A DNA stretch of 64,000 nucleotides from Chloroflexota bacterium (GTDB lineage: Bacteria; Chloroflexota; Limnocylindria; Limnocylindrales; CSP1-4). Below the pieces are notes generated by a model that had not been told where the DNA came from, made no database searches, and saw only the letters and a list, made by a program, of their open reading frames with translations. A program made the position numbers and the translations under genes. The stretch is taken from NCBI GenBank assembly GCA_040755495.1, contig JBFMAT010000001.1:101009-165008 (forward strand), in the 5' to 3' direction. Below, piece by piece: positions 8,879-16,529 of the stretch (position 1 is its first letter; the number at the start of each line of letters is the position of its first letter).

Positions 8879-9169
8879 ATGGCTGGTGACGTGTTCCGGG
8901 CACTCGCAGACGGCACTCGCCGCACGATCCTCGACGAGCTCGCGGAGCGTGACGGGCAGACCCTGTTCGAGCTGTGCGCTCGGCTCACCAACCGCCACGG
9001 CCTGGGGTCGACCCGGCAGGCGATCTCGCAGCACCTCGACGTGCTCGAGGCTGCCGGCCTGATCGAGGTCCGCCGCGAGGGCCGCTACCGATTCCACCAC
9101 CTCCGCACCGAGCCGCTGGAGCACCTCGCCGACCGGTGGCTCGACCCTCCAGGGAGCAACGAGCGATGA
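8879..9169 (+). CDS. ArsR/SmtB family transcriptional regulator
   Basis: ORF 8762..9169 trimmed to the ATG at 8879. Contains FRALADGTRRTILDELAERDGQTLFELCARL...STRQAISQHLDVLEAAGLI, a winged-HTH pattern. Confidence 0.85.
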   Translation: MAGDVFRALADGTRRTILDELAERDGQTLFELCARLTNRHGLGSTRQAISQHLDVLEAAGLIEVRREGRYRFHHLRTEPLEHLADRWLDPPGSNER

Positions 9170-9552
9170 AGATCAACCTCGCCAGCGTCCTCGTCGACGA
9201 CCAGGACAAGGCCCTCCGGTTCTACACCGAGATGCTCGGGTTCCAGAAGAAGACCGAGATTCCGCTCGGCGAGCACCGCTGGCTGACCGTGGTGGCGCCG
9301 GACGCGCCGGACGGCGTGGAACTGGTGCTCGAGCCCGATGAGCACCCGGCGGCCAAGCCGTTCAAGGCCGCGCTCGTCGCCGACGGGATTCCGTACACGT
9401 CGTTCGCCGTGGACGATGTCCGTGCGGAGTACGACCGCCTGCGCGCGCTGGGCGTCGTGTTCACGCAGGCCCCGCTCGAGATGGGGCCGGTGACGACCGC
9501 GGTGTTCGACGACACGTGCGGGAACCTGATCCAGATCGCGTCCCACGGCTGA
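9166..9552 (+). CDS. VOC (glyoxalase/bleomycin-resistance/dioxygenase) family protein
   Basis: ORF 8974..9552 trimmed to the ATG at 9166, which overlaps the ArsR stop (ATGA). Contains MKINLASVLVDDQDKALRFYTEMLGFQKK.... Confidence 0.8.
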   Translation: MKINLASVLVDDQDKALRFYTEMLGFQKKTEIPLGEHRWLTVVAPDAPDGVELVLEPDEHPAAKPFKAALVADGIPYTSFAVDDVRAEYDRLRALGVVFTQAPLEMGPVTTAVFDDTCGNLIQIASHG

Positions 9553-9634
9553 GCGCCGGGGCCCCTACCGGCCGCCCGGGCCAAGCGCCCGACGCCGCTG
9601 CCCGCCCCCGGCGCCCGCCCCGCTGCGGACCCGC

Positions 9635-9796
9635 CGTGCGCGGGACGCACGGAATCTCGACGCCTGCGTCGCGATCGTGCGTGGGACGCACGAGGACGGC
9701 CGATCTCGGCCCTCGTGAGCCCGGAATGGCGTCTCGGTCGTGCGTCGGACGCACAGCCACGACAGGCGGGTTGGGAATCCGTGCGTGGGACGCACG
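9635..9796. repeat. Four-hairpin intergenic element, copy B
   Basis: CGTGCG-N5-CGCACG hairpins at 9635-9651, 9676-9692, 9739-9755 and 9780-9796. Loops are CGGGA, TGGGA, TCGGA and TGGGA. Spacing is 41/63/41 nt. Lies between convergent genes. Confidence 0.65.
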
Positions 9797-9890
9797 GCGG
9801 CGAGTGCTCCACGGCGGGCGAGGGTCGCGGCGCGCGGCACTGGCTTGGCGATCCCTGACCGGCGAGCGCCTACTCCGGTCGGCGCCCCTG

Positions 9891-12800
9891 CTAACGAACC
9901 GGCTTCGTGTCGAGGGGGCCGGGCGGCAGGCCGGTGGCCTTCGGGAGCCGCGGCGGCTTCGATGACGCCCCCTTCGGACGAGGCGTTGGTGCCCCGGCGG
10001 CCAGCGCCTCGCGCAGCCGGTCCACGCGGTAGCCGGAGGCCTCGGCCGCTTCGGCGAGTCGGCGCAGCACCACCGACCGCGCCACCGGCCGCCGGACGCG
10101 TGCGGCGGGCGGCGTCAGGACGCGCTCCAGCCGGTCCGTCCAGGCAAGCAGCTCGGCCCACGACTCGCGGTGGAACCATTCGACGCCCTCCCAGGCGTTG
10201 ACCCGGATGAACGCCCGCACGGCAGGATGCGCCAGCCACGCGTCCACGAGCCGGGACGGGAGCGTCGCGGCCGGCCCGCCCAGCGCCGATGGCAACGGCA
10301 GGTCCAGCAGCGTGTGCACGCGCTCGGCCGCCCACCAGGCGGCGGCCTCGTCGAGACCACGGCCGCGCAGGGCATCGGCCACGACCGGCGCCAGGCGCAG
10401 CTCCTCGTACCAGGCCCGGCTCGTCGGCCCGACGAACGCCCCCGCCGGCAGCGACCCGAACGGCGCCAACAGCGTCCACAGGCGCATCGCCGCCTCCTGC
10501 GACGGATCTTCGATGACGTCGACGACGGGCTGGGCCGCCGCCGCCCGCGTCGCGACCAGCTCGACGACCGCGGCCCGGTCGCCGCCGGTGCCCGTGGCCT
10601 CCGCCACGGACGCCACGAGCCGCTCCACCGTCTCACGCGACGGCTCCGCGATCGCCGCCCGGAGCGCGTCGTGCACGGGCGCCAGCTGGAGCTCGCGCAG
10701 CGCTCCCTCCAGCGACGGGACGCCCCGCCCGCCCAGCCGCTCGGCCAGGCGGCGCCACACGCCCGTCGTGTCGTGGATCTCGCGCATCTCCCACAGCACC
10801 CGGGTCTCGTACGCGTGCAGCCGGACGTGCAGCCCGCGCTCGCGGAGCTCGGCCACCGGGCGCAGCGACTCGAGCCCGGACCGCTGCTCGCGCCAGGCGA
10901 GCCAGCGGTCGTCGGCGGGGCCGTCGGCGATGCCCAGGCCATCGGCCAGCGTCCGCCGCTCGAGCCGCTTGGATCCGTCGCCCGCCTTGACGGCGAACGC
11001 CACGGAGTCGCGGATCCAGCCCGACGTCTCGCCGTACCGGTTGTGGTTCACGACCAGCGAGCGCGCCCCGCCCCGCCCGTTCGAGTACGCGAACACGTTC
11101 TCGTCCACGCCCCCGGCGTCGTGGACGAGGTCGTAGAGCAGGAAGTCGTGCGCCTCCGCGAAGTCGCCTCGGCGGTGGAGCAGGGGCACGATCTCGTGCT
11201 CGTGGCGCTCCACCAGCCACGGGTCCGGCTGCTCGTCGAGCGTCGCGCGCCGGAACTCCATGCCGTACTTCTCGGCGAAGCCCTCGAACTGACCGTGGCC
11301 GAACATCGGCAGCCCGGGGAGCGTGGCCAGCAACGTGGCCACTCCGACGTACTTGTCGCCCTTGCCGAACTGCTCGACCGCGGTCTTCTCGTCCGGGTTG
11401 TTCATGAAGTTGACGTAACGCTTGAGGATCTCGGGGTCGAACTCGAGCGTGTCCTTGAGCACCCGCCGGTAGCCCGCGTTGTCCTCGTCGCGGAGCATGT
11501 GCATGAACGCGCTGTTGTACACGCGGTGCATGCCCAGCGTCCGGACGAAGTAGCCCTCGAGCAGCCAGAACGCCTCGGCCAGCAGCAGCGTGTCCGGGAC
11601 CTCCGCGGCGACCCGGTCCACGACCTCGCGCCAGAACTCGACGGGCATCGCCGCCTCGAACTCGGCGGCCGTCATCGTCCCGCGCTCGGCGCGCGACGGG
11701 ATCGCGCCGCCCCCCTCGCCGGGAGCCGGGAACCACAGCCGCCGGACGTGCTTGCGGGCGAGCACCATCGCGGCATCGAAGCGGATGACGGGGAACCGCC
11801 GCGCGACCGCGAGGATGGTCTGGATGACCCGCTCCCGGACCGCCGCCGACGAGAAGTCGAGCTGCGCGGTGTCGTTCCAGGGGAAGCTGGTGCCGTCGTT
11901 GCCGTGGTAGACGTACCGCCGCTCGCCCGTCCAGCGGTCGCGGCGCTCGAACACTACGGCCGCGTCCGTGTTGTCCCAGTAGTGGTCCTCGAGCCGGATC
12001 TCGACCCGGTCGTGGTCGGCCACGTTCTCGCCGCTGAACGTGTAGGCGGGGTAGGGCGGCTCGGGCAGGGACAGGAACCACTCCGGGTGCTCGATGACCC
12101 AGCTGGAATCGATGCCCATGTGGTTGGGGACCATGTCGGATGCCAGCCGGATGCCGCGCGCCCACGCCCGATGGCGAAGGCTCGCCCAGGCATCCTCGCC
12201 GCCGAGGTCGTCCGCGATCCGGTAGTCGTCCAGCGAGTAGGCGGAGGCCGCCGCGTCCGGGTTGCCGCGCCAGGCCTTGATCCGCTGCGACGCCCGGCTG
12301 CGCTGCCACAGCCCGATGAGCCACAGGCCGGTGATCCCCCAGCGCGCCAGCCGGTCCAGCTCTTCGTCCGGGATCGCGTCCAGGGTGCGGACGTCGCGTC
12401 CGTACCGACGCGACAGCTGGTCCAGCCAGACATGGGTGCTCTTCGCGATCATCACCAGGCGCGGCATCCACGCGGAGTCGCTGGAGAACCGCTCCGGCTC
12501 AGCGTCCAGGCCGGTGAGGTCCGGGGCCTCCCCGTGCCCGCCGGCCCCGGGGCCGCCGTCGCCGCCGCCGCCGAACCGGAGGTGGAGCCCGCGCTCCTCC
12601 TGCTCGATCACGTCGAGCGTCAGCAGCATCCGGTCGAGCAGCGCGTCCAGGGCGTCACCCAGCAGCCCGCGCCAGCGCTCGCGCACGTAGCGCAGCTGCC
12701 CGGCGAGCGACGTGGGGTGGGCGCGGGCGGGCGCGCGCAGCAGCTCGACCAGGGTCTCGCCGTCGGGACCGATCGGGGTCAGCGACGCGTGGTACGTCTC

Positions 12801-13424
12801 GAGCGAGGCCACCGCCCCGTTGCGCTCGTCGTCGGGGAGCGGCGAGTCGTCCACGAGATCGCGCATGGGGCGGGCCGCCGGGTTCTCGTTGGCGATCCGG
12901 AGCAGGAGCAGCTCCTCGAGGCGGCCGGGCTCGGGGCGGTCGGCGATGTCCGGGAACTCCTCCGCCACGGCGTCGAGCAGCTCGTCCAGCGCGGGCTCGC
13001 CGAGCGCCTGCTCCACGGCGTCCGCGGCCACGGGCATCGCCGCCGCCGCCTCCAGCTCGCCGGCCTTGTCCACGAGCAGGCGGAAGATCTCGTGGAGCAG
13101 GTCGAGGGCCGCCAGCTCACCCGCCTGGATGCTCGGCTCGCCGGGCCGCCGGGTGGCGTTGACGGCCTGGGCCACGAGCCGCGCCGCTTGGACGTCGGCC
13201 CCGAGCCGCAGGGCCCCGGGCGCCGCCTGTTCGGGGGCGGCGGGGGCGGCCGGGGCGGCCGGGGCGGTGGTCGTGGGGATCGTCCCGGTGCCGGCGGTCG
13301 TCCCGGCGCCGGCGGTCGAGGCTGCGGCGGTGCCCGGCGGGGCGCCCGCGGGAGGCGCCGGGGCGACGACCGCATCGAGCTGGAAGCGGCGGCGCGCGGT
13401 GCGCGAGATGGGCAGCGCTCGCAT
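9891..13424 (-). CDS. Large alpha-amylase (GH13-like) family protein, 1177 aa
   Basis: ORF 9891..13424. GH13 regions can be read: SDMVPNHMG (I), IRFDAAMVLARKH (II), LLLAEAFW (III), NFMNNPDE (IV). Non-catalytic regions of about 330 aa flank the core on each side. Confidence 0.75.
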   Translation of the reverse strand: MRALPISRTARRRFQLDAVVAPAPPAGAPPGTAAASTAGAGTTAGTGTIPTTTAPAAPAAPAAPEQAAPGALRLGADVQAARLVAQAVNATRRPGEPSIQAGELAALDLLHEIFRLLVDKAGELEAAAAMPVAADAVEQALGEPALDELLDAVAEEFPDIADRPEPGRLEELLLLRIANENPAARPMRDLVDDSPLPDDERNGAVASLETYHASLTPIGPDGETLVELLRAPARAHPTSLAGQLRYVRERWRGLLGDALDALLDRMLLTLDVIEQEERGLHLRFGGGGDGGPGAGGHGEAPDLTGLDAEPERFSSDSAWMPRLVMIAKSTHVWLDQLSRRYGRDVRTLDAIPDEELDRLARWGITGLWLIGLWQRSRASQRIKAWRGNPDAAASAYSLDDYRIADDLGGEDAWASLRHRAWARGIRLASDMVPNHMGIDSSWVIEHPEWFLSLPEPPYPAYTFSGENVADHDRVEIRLEDHYWDNTDAAVVFERRDRWTGERRYVYHGNDGTSFPWNDTAQLDFSSAAVRERVIQTILAVARRFPVIRFDAAMVLARKHVRRLWFPAPGEGGGAIPSRAERGTMTAAEFEAAMPVEFWREVVDRVAAEVPDTLLLAEAFWLLEGYFVRTLGMHRVYNSAFMHMLRDEDNAGYRRVLKDTLEFDPEILKRYVNFMNNPDEKTAVEQFGKGDKYVGVATLLATLPGLPMFGHGQFEGFAEKYGMEFRRATLDEQPDPWLVERHEHEIVPLLHRRGDFAEAHDFLLYDLVHDAGGVDENVFAYSNGRGGARSLVVNHNRYGETSGWIRDSVAFAVKAGDGSKRLERRTLADGLGIADGPADDRWLAWREQRSGLESLRPVAELRERGLHVRLHAYETRVLWEMREIHDTTGVWRRLAERLGGRGVPSLEGALRELQLAPVHDALRAAIAEPSRETVERLVASVAEATGTGGDRAAVVELVATRAAAAQPVVDVIEDPSQEAAMRLWTLLAPFGSLPAGAFVGPTSRAWYEELRLAPVVADALRGRGLDEAAAWWAAERVHTLLDLPLPSALGGPAATLPSRLVDAWLAHPAVRAFIRVNAWEGVEWFHRESWAELLAWTDRLERVLTPPAARVRRPVARSVVLRRLAEAAEASGYRVDRLREALAAGAPTPRPKGASSKPPRLPKATGLPPGPLDTKPVR

Positions 13425-13500
13425 GCGGGGAGTGTCGCACGCAAGGCGGGTGTCCGCGGGCCGTTCCGTGTCCCGGCGCCCCGGCCCCCTGGCGCCCCGG

Positions 13501-13650
13501 TAACGGCCAGCGGTTCTACCAGCCCACGACGGCCGGTTTCACTCGCCCAGCGGAGCACCTGGCGCAGGGCACGGCTACCCGCCGCACGGATCGGCTGCTG
13601 GGCGGCGCGAACCACACGCGATGGGCTCGTTCAACCGCTGGGCGGCGCGG
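13501..13650. repeat. Probable degenerate fifth copy (E) of the four-hairpin element
   Basis: Cores GGCCAGCGG (13505-13513), CGCCCAGCGG (13544-13553) and GCTGGGCGGCGCG (13597-13609 and 13637-13649). Centre spacing is 40/52/40 nt. The first two cores are the reverse complement of the last two. Confidence 0.35.
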
Positions 13651-13696
13651 CAGGGGCCGACGGCGCGGCGGCAGGATAGCGCGACGCCAGGCCCGG

Positions 13697-14752
13697 TCAG
13701 CCGCCCCCGGCCTCGCGGGCCGCGTCCACCCGCTCGACCGCCCGCCGCAGGAGCTCGAACGCGGCGGGATCGAACTCGTACGTCCACTCCCGGAGCCGAT
13801 CCGGCCGCTCGAACCGGTTCTCGAGACCCAGCGCCATCGCCTCGCGTGACAGCAGCACGAGGTCCGCCTCGCGGTCCACGAGCTCGATCTCCTCGTCCGT
13901 GTGGGCTACCGCCGAGATGATCTCGACCCCGGTGGCCCCCGCGAGCACCAGGACCTCGGCGATGTTCTCCACCCCGCGCGACGACCCGCAGACCAGCCCC
14001 ACCTTCGAGCCCGAGGGCAGGCCGGCGACCTCGTGGACGAGCGACATGTAGCCGGGTCCCACGAGCATCGCCACCACCGGGACGCGCCCCGCGACGTAGG
14101 CCTGCGCCTCGTCGGCGTGGAACGTCGTGGTCGCCACCAGGTCGTAGTGGTAGCGGTCGAGGCGGTCCGGCAGCTCCTCGAGCAGCACCGGGATCGCCTC
14201 CACCCGGTCGGGGAAGGCCTCGTTGATCCGCTCCGCGTCCACGTTGGCGTCGGCGGTCGTGCACTCGGCGAACAGGACGCGAACGTGCGGGCCGGGCCGC
14301 TTGCGCTCGGTGGCGGCGGTGAACGTGGCCTGGGCCACCTCGTCGGGCGTGAACCCCAGCTGGGCGGCGCGGCGCAGCGTCTCGGCGACGATCCCGGCCA
14401 GCGCGTCCGACCCCCGGCGCACGGGCGGCCGGTCCACCACCCGCGTCCCCGCCCCGTGGCGCCCGATCACGTATCCGGCGTCGGCCAGCCGCCGGTACAC
14501 CGCGCGGACGGTGTTGGGGTTGACGCGCAGCACGGCCCCGAGCTCGCGCACGGGTGGCAGCCGGGTCCCGGGCTGGAGCCGGCCCGATTCGATCTGGTAG
14601 GCGAGCTGCCAGTAGATCTGGGTGGAGATCGGGACGTCCGAGTCGCGCTCGATATCGAGCTCGTGATGTCCCGGGACGGTCCCGGTCACGGCGAGCCGTT
14701 CGGCGGGTACGGCAGGGCCATTCCGACTACTTGACACAGTGGAGTAGTCCAA
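13697..14752 (-). CDS. GntR-family transcriptional regulator with atypical ~230-aa C-terminal domain
   Basis: ORF 13697..14752. wHTH pattern: PISTQIYWQLAYQIESGRLQPGTRLPPVRELGAVLRVNPNTVRAVYRRLADAGYVIGRHGAGTRV. The ORF opens with TTG inside the AT-rich promoter region, so the true start is probably further in (GTG at 14737 or 14689). Confidence 0.75.
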   Translation of the reverse strand: MDYSTVSSSRNGPAVPAERLAVTGTVPGHHELDIERDSDVPISTQIYWQLAYQIESGRLQPGTRLPPVRELGAVLRVNPNTVRAVYRRLADAGYVIGRHGAGTRVVDRPPVRRGSDALAGIVAETLRRAAQLGFTPDEVAQATFTAATERKRPGPHVRVLFAECTTADANVDAERINEAFPDRVEAIPVLLEELPDRLDRYHYDLVATTTFHADEAQAYVAGRVPVVAMLVGPGYMSLVHEVAGLPSGSKVGLVCGSSRGVENIAEVLVLAGATGVEIISAVAHTDEEIELVDREADLVLLSREAMALGLENRFERPDRLREWTYEFDPAAFELLRRAVERVDAAREAGGG

Positions 14753-14783
14753 CTATCGTCTTGCTTGGCCTAGTTGACTATAT
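14731..14783 (+). promoter_or_regulatory. AT-rich promoter/operator region between the GntR gene and the micro-protein gene
   Basis: TTGACA (14731-14736), 17 nt, then TATCGT (14754-14759). Two palindromic boxes of GntR-operator style (GT..AC cores) are present: TAGTCCAACTA (14745-14755) and TAGTTGACTA (14771-14780). Confidence 0.4.
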
Positions 14784-14827
14784 CAATCGAAGCGTCCCAC
14801 GCAGACAGGCCCAGAAGCCGAGATCCC

Positions 14828-14962
14828 ATGGAACTCCTCCTCCTCGCCGTCACCATCCTGCTCCTCGGCGCGTTCGCTGTCACGGCGAGCGAGTTCGGCG
14901 TGGACTCGCGGGATGGGTTCGACGACCCGCACCACCCCTCAAACCCCGTCGGGATCGGCTGA
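14828..14962 (+). CDS. 44-aa single-pass membrane micro-protein
   Basis: ORF 14774..14962 trimmed to the ATG at 14828: MELLLLAVTILLLGAFAVTASEFGVDSRDGFDDPHHPSNPVGIG. I recall similar small GVDSR-tailed peptides in actinobacterial genomes, but I cannot verify this. Confidence 0.45.
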   Translation: MELLLLAVTILLLGAFAVTASEFGVDSRDGFDDPHHPSNPVGIG

Positions 14963-15016
14963 TCCCGCCACCACATCCCTGGCGCCGACCCTCCCCCTCC
15001 TTCCGGCGCCAAGAAC

Positions 15017-15046
15017 GACGACCCCCGGGTCACACCGGGGGTCGTT
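15017..15046. terminator. Bidirectional terminator-like hairpin between convergent genes
   Basis: An 11-12 bp GC-rich stem, (G)ACGACCCCCGG / CCGGGGGTCGT(T), with a 6-nt loop GTCACA. There is no U-tract, which is common in high-GC actinobacteria. Confidence 0.4.
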
Positions 15047-15091
15047 GGATTCCCGGGGCCCGCGATCGACGGCCGTGCCCGGCGCCGCGGG

Positions 15092-16498
15092 TCAGGCGTG
15101 GGGCGGTGGCTGCCCGACCTCGCTGAGCGACTGCCGGTAGATCGTCGCGCCGTCGATGCCCAGGTGGGGCGAGCGGAGCGTCGTGAGGTCGTCCACCAGC
15201 CGGCGCTCGAGCGTCGTCCCGGCGAGACGGTCGACCAGCCGCACGGCCCGGGCGGCGGCCCGCAGCACCTGGCGGGTCTCGGGCCGGGCCGGGTCGTCCC
15301 AGTACCAGCCGTCGGAGGCGAACATCGCCAGGCGCCAGCGCTGTGCCTCCATCAGGTCCAGCAGCCGCCGCCGGTCCGCCGCCCCGGCCCGCGCGCCGAG
15401 CGTCCCGGCGGTGAACGCCTCCGGCTCCGCGGCACCGATCACCACGTCCACGTAGCGGTCGCGCGCCGCCCACGGGTCCCCGTCGCCGGGCAGGTCACGG
15501 CCCACCCGGTCCGTGACGGCATCGATCGCCCCCGCCAGCCGGTCGAGGGCGGCCCGCAGCGGCGCCTTCCAGCGCCCGTCCGCCACGTCCGGGCACTCGC
15601 CGGACCAGCGGGCGACCCCGTGGTGGCAGCTCCAGGAGGTCCGGTCGCGGACCCGGATCTCGGGATGCGGGTGGCCCTCGCGCTCGGCGACCGCCGTGGC
15701 GAGGTCCACGACGTCGAAGCCGCGGTCGGGGTGGGCGGGGTCCGGCGCGACCAGGCGCTGGAGGAACAGGTCCCGGAACGGCTGGTGGTGGCCGTACAGC
15801 TCGCCGTCGCTGGCGACCAGCGCCAGCGGCGGGGTCCCGTCGGGCATCCCGACCCCGAGGCGCGGCGCGACGCGCTCGCGCGCGAAGCGGTCCGCGTCGG
15901 CGGTGGTCGAGGGCTCGAACGAGACGGCCGCCGAGAGCTCGCCGTCGTAGAACGCCACGCTCAGGTGCCGCTCCCCGCCGACGTCCACGCGGTATGGGCG
16001 GCGCACGTCCACGTGCGGCACGTCGGCCTGCCACGGGGCGAGGATCGTGGCTCGCACGCCGGCCTCGGCGAGGACCCGGAGCGTCGGCAGGTCCACCGCG
16101 GTCTCGGGCAGCCACAGCCCCGTGGCCCGCCGGCCGAACCGGTGCTCGAAGTCGCGCAGGCCCCACAGGACCTCGGTGCGCCGGTCGTGGAGCGGCGCCA
16201 GGGGCAGGATCGAGTGGTGGAAGGCCTGGGCGATGCCCGTGGCGCCGGCGGTGGCGAACCGCGCCAGGACGTCCGGGGCCTCGGCCGCGAGATAGGCCGC
16301 CAGCGTGGGCCCCAGGTCCCACGACAGCGAGGGCAGCACCGCTCGCTCCGCGTTCGGGCGGTAGCACTCGGCGGTGATCCGCGCGTTCCAGTCCCGGAAC
16401 GGCGCCGCGGACGCGTCGGCGGGCACGTGACCCGAGAACGGGTCCACCCGCCCCGGCTGGTAGAAGTGGGCGTGGACGACGAGACGGCCGCGGCTCAC
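15092..16498 (-). CDS. GH57-type glycoside hydrolase N-domain plus DUF3536 protein
   Basis: ORF 15092..16498. Starts MSRGRLVVHAHFYQPGR (GH57 HxHxYQP signature), followed by ...WLPETAV.... Confidence 0.8.
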   Translation of the reverse strand: MSRGRLVVHAHFYQPGRVDPFSGHVPADASAAPFRDWNARITAECYRPNAERAVLPSLSWDLGPTLAAYLAAEAPDVLARFATAGATGIAQAFHHSILPLAPLHDRRTEVLWGLRDFEHRFGRRATGLWLPETAVDLPTLRVLAEAGVRATILAPWQADVPHVDVRRPYRVDVGGERHLSVAFYDGELSAAVSFEPSTTADADRFARERVAPRLGVGMPDGTPPLALVASDGELYGHHQPFRDLFLQRLVAPDPAHPDRGFDVVDLATAVAEREGHPHPEIRVRDRTSWSCHHGVARWSGECPDVADGRWKAPLRAALDRLAGAIDAVTDRVGRDLPGDGDPWAARDRYVDVVIGAAEPEAFTAGTLGARAGAADRRRLLDLMEAQRWRLAMFASDGWYWDDPARPETRQVLRAAARAVRLVDRLAGTTLERRLVDDLTTLRSPHLGIDGATIYRQSLSEVGQPPPHA

Positions 16499-16529
16499 CC
16501 GAGGCTGCCCCGACGGCGGTCACCCGTGC

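Noticed and set aside
9635-9796. Regularly spaced palindromic repeats, considered as a possible small CRISPR array.
   Set aside because: The repeats are only 15-17 nt. The 'spacers' are 26/48/26 nt and mutually complementary rather than unique. Only four units are present, and no cas genes or leader occur in the window.
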